Below are positions 43,031-51,624 of a DNA stretch of 64,000 bases, in pieces. The stretch is from Gammaproteobacteria bacterium. GTDB lineage: Bacteria > Pseudomonadota > Gammaproteobacteria > GCA-001735895. A model generated the notes under the pieces. It was given only the letters and a program-made list of their open reading frames with translations. It was not told where the DNA came from and searched no databases. Position 1 is the stretch's first letter. Each line of letters starts with the position of its first letter. The position numbers and the translations under genes are program-made. The DNA lies in the NCBI GenBank assembly GCA_050298595.1, contig JBNKUM010000067.1:2976-66975 (forward strand), given 5' to 3'.

Positions 43031-43224
43031 CTCCCTTTGCACGGCACATCTTGAACGTCCTCAATTGCATCCCTGTCCCCCACCACCGCCGGGGAGATAC
43101 AAAATCAAACGCAGATGTGCAATCCAGGTATATTTATATCCCTAAACTATTGGCTTGACATTGGAGTAAACTGGAATAGTATATCTGGATATCCGTATAT
43201 GCGTATTACCACAACAGATCTACT

Positions 43225-43566
43225 ATGAATGAATTCTTTAAAGTTCTGGCCGATGAGACAAGATTAAGGTGTCTGGCATTAATTTTTGAAAACGATGAGC
43301 TTTGTGTATGTGAATTAATACATGCGCTGGATCTACCGCAATCTAAAATATCGCGTCATTTATCCATCATCAAGTTGAATAATCTAATCACCCAGAGGCG
43401 TGAAGGTCAATGGGTGTTATATTCAAAAGAACCGACGTTATCAGACTTCAAGACAGGTTTGATCAAAATGACTATCGATGAGTTAAGTAAAACCAGCATC
43501 TTCAAGCAGGATAAGAAAAGATTAGCCACTATGAATAATCGACCAGCCTTGAGTTGCTGTAAGTAA
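43225..43566 (+). CDS. arsR: ArsR/SmtB-family metalloregulatory transcriptional repressor
   Basis: 113 aa with a winged HTH and the metal(loid)-binding ELCVCEL motif in helix 3. Confidence 0.8.
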   Translation: MNEFFKVLADETRLRCLALIFENDELCVCELIHALDLPQSKISRHLSIIKLNNLITQRREGQWVLYSKEPTLSDFKTGLIKMTIDELSKTSIFKQDKKRLATMNNRPALSCCK

Positions 43567-44519
43567 TGTTTGAGTTATTAGCCGACTTGATAGCCTACCA
43601 ATTACTGGGCCTTTCGACAGAATCCCAGTTTGGACAGAGCATGCACTTTTTTGTTATGGATGTAACCAAAATCTTCTTCATGCTGATTGCAGTTATTTAT
43701 GTGATGGGTTTATTTCGCTCCTTTGTTTCTGCGGAAAGAGTCAGGGATTATGTACGCGGAAAATCAAGCTTAGTCGCCAGGATTTTAGCAATATTTCTGG
43801 GAGCGATTACCCCTTTTTGCTCCTGTTCATCGGTTCCTTTATTTATCGGTTTTGTAGAAGCAGGTATACCGCTAGGCGTCACCTTTTCTTTTCTGATTGC
43901 CAGTCCGATGATTAATGAAATCGCGGTCGTGATGCTGTGGGGAATTGTCGGTTGGAAAATCACCGTGTTGTATGTAGTGTCGGGTATGTTCGCCGCATTT
44001 TTTGGCGGCATGGTGATGGAAAAATTCAAACCCGAAAGATGGGTTGAAGATTATGTGTGGAAAATCAAGGTGGGTGAGGCTGCAAGATTAGAGCAGGATA
44101 ACTCACTCAAAGCGAGACATTATTATGCTTATGCACAGGTCGATGAAATTGTCACGCGTATCTGGAAGTGGGTAATCCTGGGGGTTGGTGCAGGAGCCTT
44201 ATTTCATGGCTATTTTCCAGAAGCATGGGCTACAAACCTAAGCGATAGTAATAATTTCTTCGCGGTACCGATGGCAGTGCTTATCGGCGTTCCGCTCTAC
44301 TCGAATGCTGTTGGTGTTATCCCCTTAGCCGAAGCGATGTTGTTAAAAGGTGTTGCGATTGGAACAACGCTCAGTTTTATGATGAGTATTGCGGCCATAT
44401 CATTGCCAGAATTATTGATTCTAAAGAAGGTCATAAAATGGCAGGCTCTGGCACTATTTACTGCTATAGTGGCTATATCAATTATTTTAGTTGGCTGGTT
44501 TTTTAATATTATTCTGTGA
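43566..44519 (+). CDS. DUF318/ArsP-type permease with a vicinal-cysteine TPFCSCS motif (putative organoarsenical/metalloid efflux permease)
   Basis: 8-TM permease with a conserved TPFCSCSS motif in a TM helix; start overlaps the arsR stop; followed by a thioredoxin-like gene, the usual context for this family. Confidence 0.7.
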   Translation: MFELLADLIAYQLLGLSTESQFGQSMHFFVMDVTKIFFMLIAVIYVMGLFRSFVSAERVRDYVRGKSSLVARILAIFLGAITPFCSCSSVPLFIGFVEAGIPLGVTFSFLIASPMINEIAVVMLWGIVGWKITVLYVVSGMFAAFFGGMVMEKFKPERWVEDYVWKIKVGEAARLEQDNSLKARHYYAYAQVDEIVTRIWKWVILGVGAGALFHGYFPEAWATNLSDSNNFFAVPMAVLIGVPLYSNAVGVIPLAEAMLLKGVAIGTTLSFMMSIAAISLPELLILKKVIKWQALALFTAIVAISIILVGWFFNIIL

Positions 44520-44527
44520 GGTGAAAA

Positions 44528-44794
44528 ATGATAGAAGTTAAGGTTTTAGGTTCTGGTTGTGCTAATTGTAAAAACACACAAAAGTTGATCGAAGAGGTTA
44601 CCGATGAAAATGGCATAGCCATAAACCTGCAGAAGGTAGAGGATATGGCTGAGATAATGTCGTATGGCATTATGTCAACGCCGGGTGTCATCGTTGATGG
44701 TAAAATAGCTCACGCAGGTGGCGTGCCAGATAAAAAAACAATCCTGTCCTGGTTTAAGGCATCCTGTTGCCCAGGTGATGATAATTGCTGTTAG
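44528..44794 (+). CDS. Thioredoxin-fold 'redox-active disulfide protein 2' family protein with a C-terminal Cys-rich tail (CCPGDDNCC)
   Basis: MIEVKVLGSGCANCK…YGIMSTPGVIVDGK matches the small TM0996/MTH895-type thioredoxin family (CxxC); a 15-aa tail carries two vicinal Cys pairs. Confidence 0.7.
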   Translation: MIEVKVLGSGCANCKNTQKLIEEVTDENGIAINLQKVEDMAEIMSYGIMSTPGVIVDGKIAHAGGVPDKKTILSWFKASCCPGDDNCC

Positions 44795-44935
44795 TTAAAA
44801 AAATTTACCACAGAGGGTTAAAAAAGGTGTTCTTAAAATTAAGGAACATTTCAAAATTCTGATAACTAGTGAATTTAAATGGCAATATTACGCTAATAGC
44901 CCTTCTCTGTGTCCTCTCTGTGGTTTTAAAAGCTT

Positions 44936-47001
44936 TTATAGGTTGTTCCGTAACCCTTCAATAGCCAATTTAAACTCATTAATGTCAGTAACGGGTTCAC
45001 GGCAGATCATGCCTTCGCAAAGATATGCTGATACCTGATCATTAATCGGTTTCTTATCATGGAATATGTCTGAAACTTCTGCCTGTTCGTCTACTGGAAA
45101 ACACAGAACATCAGGCAGGTAATATTGGTTAACTATCTGCTGCCATTCCTTTATTGCCTTGTGCTCACCACGAAGAATGACAATGGTAACAGAGTGAAGA
45201 TGGATATCGACCGCATTAAGCATAGAGGCATAGGCTATTGGTTGTTTGGCCAGCTGTAAAGAAGCTGCGCTTATGGTTTTTTCTGCGACATCAAGATAAC
45301 GGGGTTCAGTGCACAGATAACCCAGATAGTATAAAGCCTGAGCAGCAATCGCGTTGCCAGAAGGCATGGCATCATCATTAAATGTCTGGCTGCGCAGAAT
45401 CAGGTTTTCATGGTCATTGCGGGTGAAATAAAACCACCACTTTTCTTATTGGCAAAATCATCGATTAGGCTATCTGCCAGTTCAACACACCATGTAAATA
45501 TATCTTTATCCCATTTTGCCTGTAGCGCTTCGATACAGCTGAGCAACAAGTAGGCGTAATCATCCAGATAGGCATTCAGATGAGCCTTGCCATCTTTCCA
45601 GGTTGCAAGCAATCGGCCATCATGCCAGATATATTGGCGCACAAAGTCGAGTGCGCGGAATGCAGATTTTGCATAGTCAGGACGATTGAGTATACGTGCG
45701 GCAATCAACATGCCACGTATCATCAGCGCATTCCATGAGGTTAGTACCTTGTCATCGGTGCCAGGTTTGATACGCCGATTACGGTGTTCAAACAATTGAT
45801 GACGCGAGCTTTCCAGTGATTCAATTATTTCAACTTCTTTCAGGCCGAATTTTTGACTGAGTTGTGTGTAGGTACGGTAGATGTGCGGATACCAGCTACC
45901 CTCAAAATTCGCTGGGCGATCCAGTCCGTAGGTTTTTATAAAAATATCAAACTCAAATTCGGATAGCAGGTGCTTAACCTCCTCTACCTGCCAGATATAA
46001 TATTTACCTTCCTCACCTTCAGAATCTGCATCCTGTGAGGAATAGTAACCACCCGCAGGTGATTGCATTTCACGCATAAGCCAGTCAGCGGTTAGAGATA
46101 TTGCCCGTTCATAATAGTGGTTTCGTCGTAGTTGATTAGCCCAGACATATATCGGCATCAACTGTCCATTGTCATAAAGCATTTTTTCAAAGTGCGGTAT
46201 CATCCATTGATCGTCAGTAGAGTATCGACAGAAGCCGCCGCCAATCTGATCGAATAAACCACCCTGAGCCATTTTTTCTGCTGTAAATAAACCGGCCTCA
46301 AGTAAGTTAGCATAATCACTCCCATAGAGTGAAAACTGACGCAGACAGCGTTCAACAAAACAGGCATGTGGGAACTTGGGTCTAGGCGTAAAGCCGCCAT
46401 CATCCGCATCGAATTGCTCCAGCAATTGTTGGGACATTACTGCAAAAATATTATCGCTTAACTCGGCCTGATGCTTCGCTGGTTGATTGATATGTTGCAG
46501 TTGTTCAAGTAACGACCGGTTTTGAAATTCGATATCGTTGCGTTTTGTATTATAGGCATTGTGCACAGCCTGAATAATGGACCTGAAAGATTGCATGCCA
46601 TAACGTTCCTGCGGTGGAAAGTAGGTACCCGCAAGAAAAGGCGTCTGGTCATCTGGCATCAGGAACAGGGTTAGTGGCCAGCCACCGCCGCGATGGGTTA
46701 ATACTTGATGCGCCAGTTGATAGATCTTGTCCAGATCCGGGCGTTCTTCACGATCAACCTTGATATTGATGAAATACTCATTCATCAATGCTGCTGTTTG
46801 TTCATCTTCGAAAGATTCATGCGCCATCACATGGCACCAGTGGCAGGCGGAATAACCAATGGATAATAGTACAGGCTTATCCTGTTCTAGAGCTAGTCTT
46901 AAGGCTTCATCTCCCCAGGGGTGCCAGTCCACAGGATTGTGTTTGTGCTGTAAAAGATAAGGACTGGTTTCATCGGCCAGTCGGTTTTCATGCGTATTCA
47001 T
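44936..47001 (-). pseudogene. yyaL: Thioredoxin-domain protein YyaL (DUF255) disrupted by a single frameshift
   Basis: An N-terminal 533-aa ORF (thioredoxin CHWCHVM, six-hairpin glycosidase-like region) ends at …KKSGGFISP. The expected continuation ([31 protein letters not shown]…) reads in another frame. Consistent with loss of one base in the A/T homopolymer at 45431-45434. Confidence 0.7.
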
Positions 47002-47300
47002 GATTCAGTTTCATCCGCAGGGCCTGAACTGGAACCTTGCTGTGACTTTAAAGTTTCAGTGTGTCTTCCTGGAGGTGGCGTCCAGCCTCGTTCGCTACCA
47101 TCATGAAACTGATTGTGATCTTTTTCTAGCAGGCCGCTCAATGTGTCCATATGCTCTCTGCTATGGGAAAGAAAATCATGTTCTTTGAGACCTCTTCGTG
47201 TTCATCCTAAAGTTCATACAGATGTTCTATGCCATGATAGTCGTGTTCGTGAAACGCCATGACCATTTTCTCCACCTTAGAAGGGGTAATCCGAGAAGTT

Positions 47301-47633
47301 TTAAAGCCAGCGGTCCTGTTTCAACAAGGCTATCAAATAGTTCTCGAAACGCATAATCAACGCTGGCTTTTTTAGTAAATAAAGATGCCCTACATCAAAG
47401 GCTCTGGCGAGAACCTTTATGTGAGGGTGATGTCGTTTTACATGCTCAAGCAGTTCTACAGCACGATCTTTGTCATCTATGGCAACAATAAGCGATAATG
47501 TTTTACCTGGTTCTACTGAGATTACGTGATATAGAGCAATTATCGTTTTCCCTGGTTGATGAATTTTGATTCTATACCGACATACCAGCCTCAACAAAAA
47601 CAGTGCGGTTAAACCGCGCCACAGTTCGGACAT
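47301..47633 (-). pseudogene. Fragment of a CPA2 K+/H+ antiporter (KefB/KefC-type TrkA-N regulatory domain)
   Basis: …AIDDKDRAVELLEHVKRHHPHIKVLARAFDVGHLYLLKK… resembles the KefC RCK domain (HPHLQILARARD); the membrane domain is missing and flanking frames are broken. Confidence 0.5.
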
Positions 47634-47833
47634 ATAATCTATCCATCAGTTAAAAATTGGTAAATCATGCTAGTCCTGGGGACAAAAATCGATTTGAGAG
47701 CAGGATAAAGGTAAAAAAGTATTAATTTGCAGTAAAAATAGTAAATATTTCTACTTTTGTTGTTTATTAACAGGAGTATAAGGAACGAAAAACATAAAAC
47801 AAACATGGCAGGCATTTGGCTAGGGAGATCGCA

Positions 47834-48295
47834 ATGTTACGTTTAACAGGCTTTATTCTTCTATTTCTGACTTTCAACACATGTTTCGCAGACAGGTTGT
47901 GTGACACGGGATGCCGTCTGGATATAGACTTTCCAACAGGCGGGGATATACAGGCAGTTAATGATCTGACCATTGTTTTTGGGCAGTCGGGTCTGATAAA
48001 TACTGTTGCTACCACTGTAGGCTTCGTTAACAGGGATAGTCTGGTTTTACACGCTGGCGAACGACTTTTGTTTTTACCGGGTGGCAGCTTCAACCTTGGG
48101 GAAGGCGGAAATCTGGATTATTCACAGTTAATCATTCAAAGCGATGGCGAAATTCAGTTATCAGCGATAGGTGGAACAAGAACACTCTTCATATCGGCTG
48201 GTTCAAGTTTTATCTTATCAGGAAAGGCGAGAATTGAATTTGATGCATATAACCTCATTCTTGATGGAATCCTGACCCGTGTCGACAAAGAATAG
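47834..48295 (+). CDS. Secreted hypothetical protein
   Basis: Signal peptide (MLRLTGFILLFLTFNTCFA); Gly/Ser-rich beta-strand-like repeats; no family recognised. Confidence 0.45.
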   Translation: MLRLTGFILLFLTFNTCFADRLCDTGCRLDIDFPTGGDIQAVNDLTIVFGQSGLINTVATTVGFVNRDSLVLHAGERLLFLPGGSFNLGEGGNLDYSQLIIQSDGEIQLSAIGGTRTLFISAGSSFILSGKARIEFDAYNLILDGILTRVDKE

Positions 48296-48420
48296 AGGTC
48301 ACAATAAAGTAGTTACCGATATAGGATATGGAATGTAGTAATAAGTCGCAGCGCTTATCTTAAAAATTAGCCTTTATACATTTCGCGACAACACTTTTTA
48401 TACAGCAGGAGTTACCACTG

Positions 48421-48834
48421 ATGAATCTATTCGCGTATGGGACATTGATGGATGAGGCCATTATGCACAATGTCTGTGGTGAGCGGTTTCAATCACGAGT
48501 GGCTACTTTATCAGGCTATATGCGCAAAAAACTATGCGGTGAGGTTTATCCAGGGATTATTAGGCAGGCCGATTCAAAGGTTAAAGGGCGGGTATATCTT
48601 GATGTGACCGCGCAGGCTTTGCAGTATCTAGACCAGTTTGAAGGTTCGTTTTATCAAAGACAGCTCGTGTCAGCTGTTTTTGATGATGGCGCAAGCATGG
48701 AGGTTGAAACTTATGTGCTAACCAAAAGCTGTGCCAAACTGCTATCTGCGGAAGACTGGAGCCTGGAAGAGTTTCTAAACCGTGATAAGCCACTATTTGT
48801 GGATAAATATGGCGGTTATGAAAAGCTGGTTTAA
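48421..48834 (+). CDS. Gamma-glutamylcyclotransferase (AIG2/GGCT-like) family protein
   Basis: N-terminal LFAYGTLMDE motif and overall size typical of GGCT-like proteins. Confidence 0.7.
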   Translation: MNLFAYGTLMDEAIMHNVCGERFQSRVATLSGYMRKKLCGEVYPGIIRQADSKVKGRVYLDVTAQALQYLDQFEGSFYQRQLVSAVFDDGASMEVETYVLTKSCAKLLSAEDWSLEEFLNRDKPLFVDKYGGYEKLV

Positions 48835-49050
48835 ACACAAAAACAAGCACCTTTAGGCTGAAGGCTAAACTGACCAGGCTATTTATCTTAGTGTAATAAA
48901 GTCCTTACAAATAACTTGCTAAAATCAGAATTTATCCTAGAATTCGCGCCACTTTAATATCCATCGAGGATTTATGTTATTTCGCTAACCGTGCGCTAAT
49001 TCAAAACAGCGCCGGAACTATTTTTTCTGACGTTATTTTGAGGCTCTTTA

Positions 49051-49353
49051 GTGGAACACTTAACTTCTCAGGCACTGGATCGTGTGATCCAGATGTTGAT
49101 TCATCTCTCAATTCCTGCCATCGCCTACTCAGCTGATGATGAATTTGAGAATCATTTCATGACACACAATGGTATCGAATATGCTGGTATTCCTATCAGT
49201 GTGCCTGGCTTACCGGAACACAACTACGCGGCTTTCGATGCGTTTACTTGTACAGATGGCTGTCCAGAGACAGTGCTGCCCGTATTAAAACCACCTTTCT
49301 TCCCTCGGAGCATGGAAGTCACCGAGCAGCCACGTGGTATTATCCGAGATTAA
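49051..49353 (+). CDS. Short divergent class-1b (SpeH-like) S-adenosylmethionine-decarboxylase-related protein (GTG start)
   Basis: …[18 protein letters not shown] aligns to the SpeH/archaeal AdoMetDC motif WPE.GYAA.D.FTCG; lies immediately upstream of speE; only 100 aa; the canonical ESH autoprocessing site is not evident. Confidence 0.45.
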   Translation: MEHLTSQALDRVIQMLIHLSIPAIAYSADDEFENHFMTHNGIEYAGIPISVPGLPEHNYAAFDAFTCTDGCPETVLPVLKPPFFPRSMEVTEQPRGIIRD

Positions 49354-49370
49354 AATTGGAGAATAGACCT

Positions 49371-50225
49371 ATGAAAGAATTCGAAGAAACTTTGTACGAT
49401 GCACTGGCACAGACCTTTCGTATCGATAAGCTGTATTTTGAACATAAAACCGATCATCAGCATCTGATGATTTTCCACAATGCTTTTCTTGGTCGTGTGA
49501 TGACCCTGGACGGAGTAGTTCAAACTACGGAAAAAGATGAGTTTTTCTATCATGAAATGCTGACACATGTGCCTGTTCTGGCGCATGGTAATGTAAAAAA
49601 GGTATTGATTATTGGTGGTGGTGATGGCGGCATGCTGCGAGAAGTGTTAAAGCATGCATCTGTGGAGCAGGTTACTATGGTCGAGATTGATGACAAAGTA
49701 ATCGAGATGGCGAAACAGTATTTACCCAACCACTCAGCCGGTGCATTTGACGATGCGCGAGCTAACATTGTGATTGCCGACGGTATAGATTTTGTGCGGA
49801 ATACTGACGAATGTTTTGATGTCATTATCTCTGACAGCACCGACCCTGTGGGTCCTGGTGAAGTACTGTTTACGGATAATTTTTATTCCGCCTGTCAGAA
49901 AATCCTGAATTCAGGTGGCGTTATGGTGACACAAAATGGCGTTCCTTTTTTTCAAATGGATGAATTAATTAATACGCAGAAGCGTATGGGCGCACAATTT
50001 AAGGATCAAACCTTTTATAGCGCCGCAGTACCTACCTATTACGGTGGGATTATGACATTCGCCTGGGGTAGCGATGATGAAACACTGAGACAGCAGGATA
50101 TCAGTGTTCTTCAACAGCGGTTTATTGATAGCGGTATTAAAACCCGTTACTACACACCGCAAATTCATCAGGCATCTTTTGCTTTACCAGCATATGTACT
50201 GGATAAACTGGAGAAAAACAGTTAG
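49371..50225 (+). CDS. speE: Polyamine aminopropyltransferase (spermidine synthase)
   Basis: …[15 protein letters not shown]…[15 protein letters not shown]… are canonical SpeE motifs; strong RBS (ggagaa) before ATG 49371. The ORF-track start at 49248 is too long. Confidence 0.9.
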   Translation: MKEFEETLYDALAQTFRIDKLYFEHKTDHQHLMIFHNAFLGRVMTLDGVVQTTEKDEFFYHEMLTHVPVLAHGNVKKVLIIGGGDGGMLREVLKHASVEQVTMVEIDDKVIEMAKQYLPNHSAGAFDDARANIVIADGIDFVRNTDECFDVIISDSTDPVGPGEVLFTDNFYSACQKILNSGGVMVTQNGVPFFQMDELINTQKRMGAQFKDQTFYSAAVPTYYGGIMTFAWGSDDETLRQQDISVLQQRFIDSGIKTRYYTPQIHQASFALPAYVLDKLEKNS

Positions 50226-51367
50226 TGAACAAACGCTCTGTCAGATATGGTGCCAGTCCCGAAGAGAATGAATATTTCCAGGGGCTAGTGTCAAAGTATG
50301 GTTCTCCTTTATTGGTCATCAGTCGTAGTAAACTGATTCAACAGTATCAGAGTCTTAAAAACTACCTGCCCGGCGTGTCGCTATATTACGCCATCAAGGC
50401 TTTTCCTCACCCTGATGTGATTCGAATTCTGGCTGAACAGGGGTGTAATTTTGATGTGGCTTCAGAAGGCGAGATTGAGTTACTTAAGCCACAGCAAATC
50501 AGTGGTCGCAAAACTATCCATACTCATCCTATTAAGAAGGAAGCTCATATCAAGGCAGCATTGCGTGGCGGCTCAACCACTTTTGTAGTGGATAATATTG
50601 ATGAACTGAAAAAAATGATTCCATTTCGACAGCGAGTCGGTGTACTACTACGAGTTAGTTTTCGCAGTGATACCGCGAGTGTCGATCTATCGCGCAAGTT
50701 TGGTTGTAGCCCCGCCCAGGTCAGGGATCTGGTATTAGAGGCACAACAGTATGATATTCATATACGTGGACTGTCATTCCATGTAGGCTCACAGAGCCTG
50801 TCTTCAAATACGCATGTCGATGCGATTCAAAAATGTGCACAACTCATTGAAGAGATTAACGAAGATATTCCGAACCCGATGAATGTACTGGATATAGGCG
50901 GAGGTTTTCCAGTGGATTATGCTCAGGAAAATCCAGATCTGGAAGGATTCTTTAAGCCGATTCAACAGGCACTGTCTGAACTGCCAGATTATCTGGACAT
51001 TATCGCTGAGCCCGGACGTTATCTGGTGGCACCTGCAGTAACCGGCATCAGCAGTGTCACCGGTATCGCCAGGCGAGGGGAGTATATGTGGTATTACCTG
51101 GACGACGGTGTATATGGTTCTTATAGTGGGCAATTGTTTGACCATGTTCTGTACCCCCTGCAAATTCCGAATGATGCCGAACCACGCACTCTATCAATTC
51201 TATCTGGACCAACCTGCGACAGCATCGATATCATCTCCGAAGATATCATGCTGCCCGACCTGCGCGAAGGCGAACTGGTTATAGGCCACATGATGGGCGC
51301 CTATTCGGCAGCCACATCGACGCATTTTAATTCATTGTCGGGTGCCAGGATTATTCTTGAGGACTAG
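50225..51367 (+). CDS. Fold-type III PLP-dependent decarboxylase (ornithine/lysine decarboxylase family)
   Basis: PLP-lysine context (LYYAIKAFPHP), the EGEIELL and HVGSQ motifs, and a C-terminal beta-barrel region; third gene of the speE operon. Confidence 0.7.
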   Translation: MNKRSVRYGASPEENEYFQGLVSKYGSPLLVISRSKLIQQYQSLKNYLPGVSLYYAIKAFPHPDVIRILAEQGCNFDVASEGEIELLKPQQISGRKTIHTHPIKKEAHIKAALRGGSTTFVVDNIDELKKMIPFRQRVGVLLRVSFRSDTASVDLSRKFGCSPAQVRDLVLEAQQYDIHIRGLSFHVGSQSLSSNTHVDAIQKCAQLIEEINEDIPNPMNVLDIGGGFPVDYAQENPDLEGFFKPIQQALSELPDYLDIIAEPGRYLVAPAVTGISSVTGIARRGEYMWYYLDDGVYGSYSGQLFDHVLYPLQIPNDAEPRTLSILSGPTCDSIDIISEDIMLPDLREGELVIGHMMGAYSAATSTHFNSLSGARIILED

Positions 51368-51624
51368 GCAAGTGGGCCAACAACAGGTGCATTTTGTTAT
51401 CCCCTTTTTTTTATTCATATTTATTTTTCACTGCTATACTTTGAGGACTAAAAATACCCAGGGCCAGGCGTATTGTTTTACATCAGCCAGGAATATGAAA
51501 TCTAATAAATAGAACGGAGTAGTCAGGTGCTATCTATCTCCTTAATTAAACTGGGTTATCTCAAAGACAATTGTTGTGACTTTTTACATTCACAGGCTGT
51601 GAGCTGCAAAGTACTTTTGTCGCA

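Noticed and set aside
47000-47300. Plus-strand ORFs at 46788-47003 and 47000-47188 between yyaL and the kef fragment
   Set aside because: Short, no motifs, and they lie in a region of frame decay. Probably noncoding.
50255-50275. The peptide ENEYFQG near the N-terminus of the decarboxylase fits the TEV-protease consensus E-x-x-Y-x-Q-G, raising the question of vector or engineered sequence
   Set aside because: The nucleotide sequence (gagaatgaatatttccagggg) is unlike the standard vector TEV site, the gene context is native (speE operon), and a 7-mer consensus match is expected by chance in 64 kb of coding sequence.
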